Under the pieces are notes generated by a model that was given only the letters and a program-made list of their open reading frames with translations, was not told the DNA's origin and ran no database searches. 64,000 nucleotides of DNA from Auanema rhodensis (Eukaryota > Animalia > Nematoda): the NCBI GenBank assembly GCA_964057225.1, contig OZ059896.1, positions 22,692,001 to 22,756,000 of the forward strand, read 5' to 3'. This document shows positions 13,341-25,856 of the stretch, one piece after another. The translations under genes were made by a program, and so were the position numbers. Each line of letters opens with the position of its first letter. The stretch's first letter is position 1.

Positions 13341-16300
13341 ATTTTAAGCTGCGCCGATCTGTGTTATCAGATTTGCGCTAGCTTAAAAATGCACCGAGAT
13401 ATCAACTGATATAAGTTCACACTTATATCCTCTATTTTCACCCTGAAGAATTAATTTTTTCGTTGAATAACATTGTCCATCGTCTTTGCCTTGAAGAAAG
13501 GAATCTAAAAACATCTACTTTTTGCTAAATTATTCTGAAATTTTTCGAAAAAATTTTTGTCAAAATGTTTTTGGAAGCAATGTTGATTGTACATGGAAAC
13601 TCAACATACACTAATGCATCATTTTTCAAACGATCATAACTAATTTTTGTATTAAGCGTTTCTCAATGTAGTATAGTGCATTCGATGCGGATTTTTAAGC
13701 TGCGTCGATTTGTGTTATCAGATTTGCGCTAGCTTAAAAATGCACCGAGATATCAACTGATATAAGTTCACACTTATATCCTCGATTTTCACCCTGAAGA
13801 ATTAATTTTTTCGTTGAATAACATTGTCCATCGTCTTTGCCTTGAAAAAAGGAATCTAAAAACATCTACTTTTTGCCATATTATTCTGAAATTTTTCGAA
13901 AAAATTTTTGTCAAAATGTTTTTGGAAGCAATGTTGACTGTACATGGAAACTCAACATACACTAATGCATCATGTTTCAAACGATCATAACTAATTTTTG
14001 TATTAAGCGTTTCTCAATGTAGTATAGTGCATTCGATGCGGATTTTTAAGCTGCGTCGATCTGTGTTATCAGATTTGCGCTAGCTTGAAAATGCACCGAG
14101 ATATCAACTGATATAAGTTCACACTTATATCCTCGATTTTCACCCTGAAGAATTGATTTTTTCGTTGAATAACATTGTCCATCGTTTTTGCCTTGAAAAA
14201 AGAAATCTAAAAACATCTACTTTTTGCTAAATTATTTTGAAATTTTTCGAAAAAATTTTTGTCAAAATGTTTTTGGAAGCAATGTTGATTGTACATGGAA
14301 ACTCAACATACACTAATGCATCATTTTTCAAACGATCATAACTAATTTTTGTATTAAGCGTTTCTCAATGTAGTATAGTGCATTCGATGCGGATTTTTAA
14401 GCTGCGTCGATCTGTGTTATCAGATTTGCGCTAGCTTAAAAATGCACCGAGATATCAACTGATATAAGTTCACACTTATATCCTCGATTTTCACCCTGAA
14501 GAATTAATTTTTTCGTTGAATAACATTGTCCATCGTCTTTGCCTTGAAGAAAGGAATCTAAAAACATCTACTTTTTGCTAAATTATTCTGAAATTTTTCG
14601 AAAAAATTTTTGTCAAAATGTTTTTGGAAGCAATGTTGATTGTACATGGAAACTCAACATACACTAATGCATCATTTTTCAAACGATCATAACTAATTTT
14701 TGTATTAAGCGTTTCTCAATGTAGTATAGTGCATTCGATGCGGATTTTTAAGCTGCGTCGATTTGTGTTATCAGATTTGCGCTAGCTTAAAAATGCACCG
14801 AGATATCAACTGATATAAGTTCACACTTATATCCTCGATTTTCACCCTGAAGAATTAATTTTTTCGTTGAATAACATTGTCCATCGTCTTTGCCTTGAAA
14901 AAAGAAATCTAAAAACATCTACTTTTTGCCATATTATTCTGAAATTTTTCGAAAAAATTTTTGTCAAAATGTTTTTGGAAGCAATGTTGAGTGTACATGG
15001 AAACTCAACATACACTAATGCATCATTTTTCAAACGATCATAACTAATTTTTGTATTAAGCGTTTCTCAATGTAGTATAGTGCATTCGATGCGGATTTTT
15101 AAGCTGCGTCGATCTGTGTTGTCAGATTTGCGCTAGCTTAAAAATGCACCGAGATATCAACTGATATCTGTTCACACTTATATCCTCGATTTTCACCCTG
15201 AAGAATTAATTTTTTCGTTGAATAACATTGTCCATCGTCTTTGCCTTGAAAAAAGAAATCTAAAAACATCTACTTTTTGCTAAATTATTCTGAAATTTTT
15301 CGAAAAAATTTTTGTCAAAATGTTTTTGGAAGCAATGTTGAGTGTACATGGAAACTCAACATACACTAATGCATCATTTTTCAAACGATCATAACTAATT
15401 TTTGTATTGAGCGTTTCTCAATGTAGTATAGTGCATTCGATGCGGATTTTTAAGCTGCGTCGATCTGTGTTATCAGATTTGCACTAGCTTGAAAATGCAC
15501 CGAGATATCAACTGATATAAGTTCACACTTATATCCTCGATTTTCACCCTGAAGAATTAATTTTTTCGTTGAATAACATTGTCCATCGTCTTTGCCTTGA
15601 AAAAAGGAATCTAAAAACATCTACTTTTTGCCATATTATTCTGAAATTTTTCGAAAAAATTTTTGTCAAAATGTTTTTGGAAGCAATGTTGAGTGTACAT
15701 GGAAACTCAACATACACTAATGCATCATTTTTCAAACGATCATAACTAATTTTTGTATTGAGCGTTTCTCAATGTAGTATAGTGCATTCGATGCGGATTT
15801 TAAGCTGCGCCGATCTGTGTTATCAGATTTGCGCTAGCTTAAAAATGCACCGAGATATCAACTGATATAAGTTCACACTTATATCCTCTATTTTCACCCT
15901 GAAGAATTAATTTTTTCGTTGAATAACATTGTCCATCGTCTTTGCCTTGAAGAAAGGAATCTAAAAACATCTACTTTTTGCTAAATTATTCTGAAATTTT
16001 TCGAAAAAATTTTTGTCAAAATGTTTTTGGAAGCAATGTTGATTGTACATGGAAACTCAACATACACTAATGCATCATTTTTCAAACGATCATAACTAAT
16101 TTTTGTATTAAGCGTTTCTCAATGTAGTATAGTGCATTCGATGCGGATTTTTAAGCTGCGTCGATTTGTGTTATCAGATTTGCGCTAGCTTAAAAATGCA
16201 CCGAGATATCAACTGATATAAGTTCACACTTATATCCTCGATTTTCACCCTGAAGAATTAATTTTTTCGTTGAATAACATTGTCCATCGTCTTTGCCTTG

Positions 16301-18660
16301 AAAAAAGGAATCTAAAAACATCTACTTTTTGCCATATTATTCTGAAATTTTTCGAAAAAATTTTTGTCAAAATGTTTTTGGAAGCAATGTTGAGTGTACA
16401 TGGAAACTCAACATACACTAATGCATCATTTTTCAAACGATCATAACTAATTTTTGTATTAAGCGTTTCTCAATGTAGTATAGTGCATTCGATGCGGATT
16501 TTTAAGCTGCGTCGATTTGTGTTATCAGATTTGCGCTAGCTTAAAAATGCACCGAGATATCAACTGATATAAGTTCACACTTATATCCTCGATTTTCACC
16601 CTGAAGAATTAATTTTTTCGTTGAATAACATTGTCCATCGTCTTTGCCTTGAAAAAAGAAATCTAAAAACATCTACTTTTTGCCATATTATTCTGAAATT
16701 TTTCGAAAAAATTTTTGTCAAAATGTTTTTGGAAGCAATGTTGAGTGTACATGGAAACTCAACATACACTAATGCATCATTTTTCAAACGATCATAACTA
16801 ATTTTTGTATTAAGCGTTTCTCAATGTAGTATAGTGCATTCGATGCGGATTTTTAAGCTGCGTCGATCTGTGTTGTCAGATTTGCGCTAGCTTAAAAATG
16901 CACCGAGATATCAACTGATATCTGTTCACACTTATATCCTCGATTTTCACCCTGAAGAATTAATTTTTTCGTTGAATAACATTGTCCATCGTCTTTGCCT
17001 TGAAAAAAGAAATCTAAAAACATCTACTTTTTGCTAAATTATTCTGAAATTTTTCGAAAAAATTTTTGTCAAAATGTTTTTGGAAGCAATGTTGAGTGTA
17101 CATGGAAACTCAACATACACTAATGCATCATTTTTCAAACGATCATAACTAATTTTTGTATTGAGCGTTTCTCAATGTAGTATAGTGCATTCGATGCGGA
17201 TTTTTAAGCTGCGTCGATCTGTGTTATCAGATTTGCACTAGCTTGAAAATGCACCGAGATATCAACTGATATAAGTTCACACTTATATCCTCGATTTTCA
17301 CCCTGAAGAATTAATTTTTTCGTTGAATAACATTGTCCATCGTCTTTGCCTTGAAAAAAGGAATCTAAAAACATCTACTTTTTGCCATATTATTCTGAAA
17401 TTTTTCGAAAAAATTTTTGTCAAAATGTTTTTGGAAGCAATGTTGAGTGTACATGGAAACTCAACATACACTAATGCATCATTTTTCAAACGATCATAAC
17501 TAATTTTTGTATTGAGCGTTTCTCAATGTAGTATAGTGCATTCGATGCGGATTTTAAGCTGCGCCGATCTGTGTTATCAGATTTGCGCTAGCTTAAAAAT
17601 GCACCGAGATATCAACTGATATAAGTTCACACTTATATCCTCTATTTTCACCCTGAAGAATTAATTTTTTCGTTGAATAACATTGTCCATCGTCTTTGCC
17701 TTGAAGAAAGGAATCTAAAAACATCTACTTTTTGCTAAATTATTCTGAAATTTTTCGAAAAAATTTTTGTCAAAATGTTTTTGGAAGCAATGTTGATTGT
17801 ACATGGAAACTCAACATACACTAATGCATCATTTTTCAAACGATCATAACTAATTTTTGTATTAAGCGTTTCTCAATGTAGTATAGTGCATTCGATGCGG
17901 ATTTTTAAGCTGCGTCGATTTGTGTTATCAGATTTGCGCTAGCTTAAAAATGCACCGAGATATCAACTGATATAAGTTCACACTTATATCCTCGATTTTC
18001 ACCCTGAAGAATTAATTTTTTCGTTGAATAACATTGTCCATCGTCTTTGCCTTGAAAAAAGAAATCTAAAAACATCTACTTTTTGCTAAATTATTCTGAA
18101 ATTTTTCGAAAAAATTTTTGTCAAAATGTTTTTGGAAGCAATGTTGAGTGTACATGGAAACTCAACATACACTAATGCATCATTTTTCAAACGATCATAA
18201 CTAATTTTTGTATTGAGCGTTTCTCAATGTAGTATAGTGCATTCGATGCGGATTTTTAAGCTGCGTCGATCTGTGTTATCAGATTTGCACTAGCTTGAAA
18301 ATGCACCGAGATATCAACTGATATAAGTTCACACTTATATCCTCGATTTTCACCCTGAAGAATTAATTTTTTCGTTGAATAACATTGTCCATCGTCTTTG
18401 CCTTGAAAAAAGGAATCTAAAAACATCTACTTTTTGCCATATTATTCTGAAATTTTTCGAAAAAATTTTTGTCAAAATGTTTTTGGAAGCAATGTTGAGT
18501 GTACATGGAAACTCAACATACACTAATGCATCATTTTTCAAACGATCATAACTAATTTTTGTATTGAGCGTTTCTCAATGTAGTATAGTGCATTCGATGC
18601 GGATTTTAAGCTGCGCCGATCTGTGTTATCAGATTTGCGCTAGCTTAAAAATGCACCGAG
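13341..18660. repeat. Higher-order block duplications in array A (7-, 5- and 3-monomer spacing)
   Basis: A diagnostic 350-bp monomer (GATTTTAAGCTGCGCC with CCTCTATTT) has its T>C marker at 13354, 15810, 17564 and 18616, giving spacings of 2456, 1754 and 1052. Confidence 0.9.
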
Positions 18661-21600
18661 ATATCAACTGATATAAGTTCACACTTATATCCTCTATTTT
18701 CACCCTGAAGAATTAATTTTTTCGTTGAATAACATTGTCCATCGTCTTTGCCTTGAAGAAAGGAATCTAAAAACATCTACTTTTTGCTAAATTATTCTGA
18801 AATTTTTCGAAAAAATTTTTGTCAAAATGTTTTTGGAAGCAATGTTGATTGTACATGGAAACTCAACATACACTAATGCATCATTTTTCAAACGATCATA
18901 ACTAATTTTTGTATTAAGCGTTTCTCAATGTAGTATAGTGCATTCGATGCGGATTTTTAAGCTGCGTCGATTTGTGTTATCAGATTTGCGCTAGCTTAAA
19001 AATGCACCGAGATATCAACTGATATAAGTTCACACTTATATCCTCGATTTTCACCCTGAAGAATTAATTTTTTCGTTGAATAACATTGTCCATCGTCTTT
19101 GCCTTGAAAAAAGGAATCTAAAAACATCTACTTTTTGCCATATTATTCTGAAATTTTTCGAAAAAATTTTTGTCAAAATGTTTTTGGAAGCAATGTTGAG
19201 TGTACATGGAAACTCAACATACACTAATGCATCATTTTTCAAACGATCATAACTAATTTTTGTATTAAGCGTTTCTCAATGTAGTATAGTGCATTCGATG
19301 CGGATTTTTAAGCTGCGTCGATCTGTGTTGTCAGATTTGCGCTAGCTTAAAAATGCACCGAGATATCAACTGATATCTGTTCACACTTATATCCTCGATT
19401 TTCACCCTGAAGAATTAATTTTTTCGTTGAATAACATTGTCCATCGTCTTTGCCTTGAAGAAAGGAATCTAAAAACATCTACTTTTTGCTAAATTATTCT
19501 GAAATTTTTCGAAAAAATTTTTGTCAAAATGTTTTTGGAAGCAATGTTGATTGTACATGGAAACTCAACATACACTAATGCATCATTTTTCAAACGATCA
19601 TAACTAATTTTTGTATTAAGCGTTTCTCAATGTAGTATAGTGCATTCGATGCGGATTTTTAAGCTGCGTCGATTTGTGTTATCAGATTTGCGCTAGCTTA
19701 AAAATGCACCGAGATATCAACTGATCTAAGTTCACACTTATATCCTCGATTTTCACCCTGAAGAATTAATTTTTTCGTTGAATAACATTGTCCATCGTCT
19801 TTGCCTTGAAAAAAGGAATCTAAAAACATCTACTTTTTGCCATATTATTCTGAAATTTTTCGAAAAAATTTTTGTCAAAATGTTTTTGGAAGCAATGTTG
19901 ACTGTACATGGAAACTCAACATACACTAATGCATCATTTTTCAAACGATCATAACTAATTTTTGTATTAAGCGTTTCTCAATGTAGTATAGTGCATTCGA
20001 TGCGGATTTTTAAGCTGCGTCGATCTGTGTTGTCAGATTTGCGCTAGCTTAAAAATGCACCGAGATATCAACTGATATCTGTTCACACTTATATCCTCGA
20101 TTTTCACCCTGAAGAATTAATTTTTTCGTTGAATAACATTGTCCATCGTCTTTGCCTTGAAGAAAGGAATCTAAAAATATCTACTTTTTGCTAAATTATT
20201 CTGAAATTTTTCGAAAAAATTTTTGTCAAAATGTTTTTGGAAGCAATGTTGATTGTACATGGAAACTCAACATACACTAATGCATCATTTTTCAAACGAT
20301 CATAACTAATTTTTGTATTAAGCGTTTCTCAATGTAGTATAGTGCATTCGATGCGGATTTTTAAGCTGCGTCGATTTGTGTTATCAGATTTGCGCTAGCT
20401 TAAAAATGCACCGAGATATCAACTGATATAAGTTCACACTTATATCCTCGATTTTCACCCTGAAGAATTAATTTTTTCGTTGAATAACATTGTCCATCGT
20501 CTTTGCCTTGAAAAAAGGAATCTAAAAACATCTACTTTTTGCCATATTATTCTGAAATTTTTCGAAAAAATTTTTGTCAAAATGTTTTTGGAAGCAATGT
20601 TGACTGTACATGGAAACTCAACATACACTAATGCATCATTTTTCAAACGATCATAACTAATTTTTGTATTAAGCGTTTCTCAATGTAGTATAGTGCATTC
20701 GATGCGGATTTTTAAGCTGCGTCGATCTGTGTTGTCAGATTTGCGCTAGCTTAAAAATGCACCGAGATATCAACTGATATCTGTTCACACTTATATCCTC
20801 GATTTTCACCCTGAAGAATTAATTTTTTCGTTGAATAACATTGTCCATCGTCTTTGCCTTGAAGAAAGGAATCTAAAAACATCTACTTTTTGCTAAATTA
20901 TTCTGAAATTTTTCGAAAAAATTTTTGTCAAAATGTTTTTGGAAGCAATGTTGATTGTACATGGAAACTCAACATACACTAATGCATCATTTTTCAAACG
21001 ATCATAACTAATTTTTGTATTAAGCGTTTCTCAATGTAGTATAGTGCATTCGATGCGGATTTTTAAGCTGCGTCGATTTGTGTTATCAGATTTGCGCTAG
21101 CTTAAAAATGCACCGAGATATCAACTGATATAAGTTCACACTTATATCCTCGATTTTCACCCTGAAGAATTAATTTTTTCGTTGAATAACATTGTCCATC
21201 GTCTTTGCCTTGAAAAAAGAAATCTAAAAACATCTACTTTTTGCCATATTATTCTGAAATTTTTCGAAAAAATTTTTGTCAAAATGTTTTTGGAAGCAAT
21301 GTTGAGTGTACATGGAAACTCAACATACACTAATGCATCATTTTTCAAACGATCATAACTAATTTTTGTATTAAGCGTTTCTCAATGTAGTATAGTGCAT
21401 TCGATGCGGATTTTTAAGCTGCGTCGATCTTTGTTATCAGATTTGCGCTAGCTTGAAAATGCACCGAGATATCAACTGATATAAGTTCACACTTATATCC
21501 TCGATTTTCACCCTGAAGAATTAATTTTTTCGTTGAATAACATTGTCCATCGTCTTTGCCTTGAAAAAAGGAATCTAAAAACATCTACTTTTTGCTAAAT

Positions 21601-24600
21601 TATTCTGAAATTTTTCGAAAAAATTTTTGTCAAAATGTTTTTGGAAGCAATGTTGAGTGTACATGGAAACTCAACATACACTAATGCATCATGTTTCAAA
21701 CGATCATAACTAATTTTTGTATTAAGCGTTTCTCAATGTAGTATAGTGCATTCGATGCGGATTTTTAAGCTGCGTCGATCTGTGTTATCAGATTTGCGCT
21801 AGCTTGAAAATGCACCGAGATATCAACTGATATAAGTTCACACTTATATCCTCGATTTTCACCCTGAAGAATTGATTTTTTCGTTGAATAACATTGTCCA
21901 TCGTTTTTGCCTTGAAAAAAGAAATCTAAAAACATCTACATTTTGCTAAATTATTTTGAAATTTTTCGAAAAAATTTTTGTCAAAATGTTTTTGGAAGCA
22001 ATGTTGATTGTACATGGAAACTCAACATACACTAATGCATCATTTTTCAAACGATCATAACTAATTTTTGTATTAAGCGTTTCTCAATGTAGTATAGTGC
22101 ATTCGATGCGGATTTTTAAGCTGCGTCGATCTGTGTTATCAGATTTGCGCTAGCTTAAAAATGCACCGAGATATCAACTGATATAAGTTCACACTTATAT
22201 CCTCGATTTTCACCCTGAAGAATTAATTTTTTCGTTGAATAACATTGTCCATCGTCTTTGCCTTGAAGAAAGGAATCTAAAAACATCTACTTTTTGCTAA
22301 ATTATTCTGAAATTTTTCGAAAAAATTTTTGTCAAAATGTTTTTGGAAGCAATGTTGATTGTACATGGAAACTCAACATACACTAATGCATCATTTTTCA
22401 AACGATCATAACTAATTTTTGTATTAAGCGTTTCTCAATGTAGTATAGTGCATTCGATGCGGATTTTTAAGCTGCGTCGATTTGTGTTATCAGATTTGCG
22501 CTAGCTTAAAAATGCACCGAGATATCAACTGATATAAGTTCACACTTATATCCTCGATTTTCACCCTGAAGAATTAATTTTTTCGTTGAATAACATTGTC
22601 CATCGTCTTTGCCTTGAAAAAAGAAATCTAAAAACATCTACTTTTTGCCATATTATTCTGAAATTTTTCGAAAAAATTTTTGTCAAAATGTTTTTGGAAG
22701 CAATGTTGAGTGTACATGGAAACTCAACATACACTAATGCATCATTTTTCAAACGATCATAACTAATTTTTGTATTAAGCGTTTCTCAATGTAGTATAGT
22801 GCATTCGATGCGGATTTTTAAGCTGCGTCGATCTGTGTTGTCAGATTTGCGCTAGCTTAAAAATGCACCGAGATATCAACTGATATCTGTTCACACTTAT
22901 ATCCTCGATTTTCACCCTGAAGAATTAATTTTTTCGTTGAATAACATTGTCCATCGTCTTTGCCTTGAAGAAAGGAATCTAAAAACATCTACTTTTTGCC
23001 ATATTATTCTGAAATTTTTCGAAAAAATTTTTGTCAAAATGTTTTTGGAAGCAATGTTGAGTGTACATGGAAACTCAACATACACTAATGCATCATTTTT
23101 CAAACGATCATAACTAATTTTTGTATTAAGCGTTTCTCAATGTAGTATAGTGCATTCGATGCGGATTTTTAAGCTGCGTCGATCTGTGTTGTTAGATTTG
23201 CGCTAGCTTAAAAATGCACCGAGATATCAACTGATATCTGTTCACACTTATATCCTCGATTTTCACCCTGAAGAATTAATTTTTTCGTTGAATAACATTG
23301 TCCATCGTCTTTGCCTTGAAAAAAAGAATCTAAAAACATCTACTTTTTGCTAAATTATTCTGAAATTTTTCGAAAAAATTTTTGTCAAAATGTTTTTGGA
23401 AGCAATGTTGAGTGTACATGGAAACTCAACATACACTAATGCATCATTTTTCAAACGATCATAACTAATTTTTGTATTAAGCGTTTCTCAATGTAGTATA
23501 GTGCATTCGATGCGGATTTTTAAGCTGCGTCGATTTGTGTTATCAGATTTGCGCTAGCTTAAAAATGCACCGAGATATCAACTGATATAAGTTCACACTT
23601 ATATCCTCGATTTTCACCCTGAAGAATTAATTTTTTCGTTGAATAACATTGTCCATCGTCTTTGCCTTGAAAAAAGAAATCTAAAAACATCTACTTTTTG
23701 CCATATTATTCTGAAATTTTTCGAAAAAATTTTTGTCAAAATGTTTTTGGAAGCAATGTTGAGTGTACATGGAAACTCAACATACACTAATGCATCATTT
23801 TTCAAACGATCATAACTAATTTTTGTATTAAGCGTTTCTCAATGTAGTATAGTGCATTCGATGCGGATTTTTAAGCTGCGTCGATCTGTGTTGTCAGATT
23901 TGCGCTAGCTTAAAAATGCACCGAGATATCAACTGATATCTGTTCACACTTATATCCTCGATTTTCACCCTGAAGAATTAATTTTTTCGTTGAATAACAT
24001 TGTCCATCGTCTTTGCCTTGAAAAAAGAAATCTAAAAACATCTACTTTTTGCTAAATTATTCTGAAATTTTTCGAAAAAATTTTTGTCAAAATGTTTTTG
24101 GAAGCAATGTTGAGTGTACATGGAAACTCAACATACACTAATGCATCATTTTTCAAACGATCATAACTAATTTTTGTATTGAGCGTTTCTCAATGTAGTA
24201 TAGTGCATTCGATGCAGATTTTTAAGCTGCGTCGATCTGTGTTATCAGATTTGCACTAGCTTGAAAATGCACCGAGATATCAACTGATATAAGTTCACAC
24301 TTATATCCTCGATTTTCACCCTGAAGAATTAATTTTTTCGTTGAATAACATTGTCCATCGTCTTTGCCTTGAAAAAAGGAATCTAAAAACATCTACTTTT
24401 TGCCATATTATTCTGAAATTTTTCGAAAAAATTTTTGTCAAAATGTTTTTGGAAGCAATGTTGAGTGTACATGGAAACTCAACATACACTAATGCATCAT
24501 TTTTCAAACGATCATAACTAATTTTTGTATTAAGCGTTTCTCAATGTAGTATAGTGCATTCGATGCGGATTTTTAAGCTGCGTCGATCTGTGTTGTTAGA

Positions 24601-25689
24601 TTTGCGCTAGCTTAAAAATGCACCGAGATATCAACTGATATCTGTTCACACTTATATCCTCGATTTTCACCCTGAAGAATTAATTTTTTCGTTGAATAAC
24701 ATTGTCCATCGTCTTTGCCTTGAAAAAAGGAATCTAAAAACATCTACTTTTTGCTAAATTATTCTGAAATTTTTCGAAAAAATTTTTGTCAAAATGTTTT
24801 TGGAAGCAATGTTGAGTGTACATGGAAACTCAACATACACTAATGCATCATTTTTCAAACGATCATAACTAATTTTTGTATTGAGCGTTTCTCAATGTAG
24901 TATAGTGCATTCGATGCGGATTTTTAAGCTGCGTCGATCTGTGTTATCAGATTTGCACTAGCTTGAAAATGCACCGAGATATCAACTGATATAAGTTCAC
25001 ACTTATATCCTCGATTTTCACCCTGAAGAATTAATTTTTTCGTTGAATAACATTGTCCATCGTCTTTGCCTTGAAAAAAGGAATCTAAAAACATCTACTT
25101 TTTGCTAAATTATTTTGAAATTTTTCGAAAAAATTTTTGTCAAAATGTTTTTGGAAGCAATGTTGAGTGTACATGGAAACTCAACATACACTAATGCATC
25201 ATTTTTCAAACGATCATAACTAATTTTTTCATTAAGCGTTTCTCAATGTAGTATAGTGCATTCGATGCGGATTTTTAAGTTGCGTCGATCTGTGTTATCA
25301 GATTTGCGCTAGCTTGAAAATGCACCGAGATATCAACTGATATAAGTTCACACTTATATCCTCGATTTTCACCCTGAAGAATTAATTTTTTCGTTGAATA
25401 ACATTGTCCATCGTCTTTGCCTTGAAAAAAGGAATCTAAAAACATCTACTTTTTGCTAAATTATTTTGAAATTTTTCGAAAAAATTTTTGTCAAAATGTT
25501 TTTGGAAGCAATGTTGAGTGTACATGGAAACTCAACATACACTAATGCATCATTTTTCAAACGATCATAACTAATTTTTTCATTAAGCGTTTCTCAATGT
25601 AGTATAGTGCATTCGATGCGGATTTTTAAGTTGCGTCGATCTGTGTTATCAGATTTGCGCTAGCTTGAAAATGCACCGAGATATCAACT

Positions 25690-25715
25690 GATATAAGTTC
25701 ACACTTTATGCTAAT
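25690..25715. other. Abrupt junction between the 351-bp and 176-bp satellites, with a 2-bp (TT) overlap and no filler DNA
   Basis: The observed sequence is GATATAAGTTCACAC-TT-TATGCTAAT. Array A normally continues CACTTATATCC, and array B is normally entered as AATTTATGCT. TT at 25705-25706 can be assigned to either array. Confidence 0.95.
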
Positions 25716-25719
25716 TAAA

Positions 25720-25856
25720 TGTACACGTGATGTGCACTTGGTATGTAACTCGCTTCACGTGAAAGATAAAGAGATGCGGTTTTCAAAATTAGATTCCCCA
25801 TGTCCATATTAGTCTAAAAACAAATTTTTATTAATATTGGTTCATGGTAACCATGT
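25720..25856. repeat. Cluster of short dyads in monomer B (representative copy)
   Basis: TGTACA, CACGTG, GTGCAC, TTCACGTGAA (10-bp perfect), TAAAAA-caaa-TTTTTA and CATGGT-a-ACCATG all fall within one 176-bp unit. Confidence 0.9.

Larger units (their letters stand above)
1..25706. repeat. Satellite array A: 351-bp AT-rich monomer, 73 full copies plus an 83-bp truncated terminal copy, all in one orientation
   Basis: TTTTAAGCTGCGTCGATC recurs at 1, 352, 703 and onward. The last unit starts at 25624 (73x351+1), because four 352-bp units (extra A in the CCTTAAAAAAAAGG run, about 1.9-3.7 kb) are offset by four 350-bp units (13.3-18.6 kb). Monomers differ by only a few substitutions. The array extends beyond the left window edge. 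Confidence 0.99.

Noticed and set aside
9578-24507. Nineteen 63-aa minus-strand ORFs (MKNDALVY...)
   Set aside because: They are near-identical satellite translations, mostly starting at TTG, that appear only where the CCATAT allele removes a TAG stop. They have no recognisable domain and low-complexity composition.
1-25706. Identity with Drosophila 359-bp or Tribolium 350-360-bp satellites, or derivation from a MITE/Helitron
   Set aside because: Length and AT-richness are compatible, but I cannot demonstrate sequence homology, terminal repeats or target-site duplications without a search.
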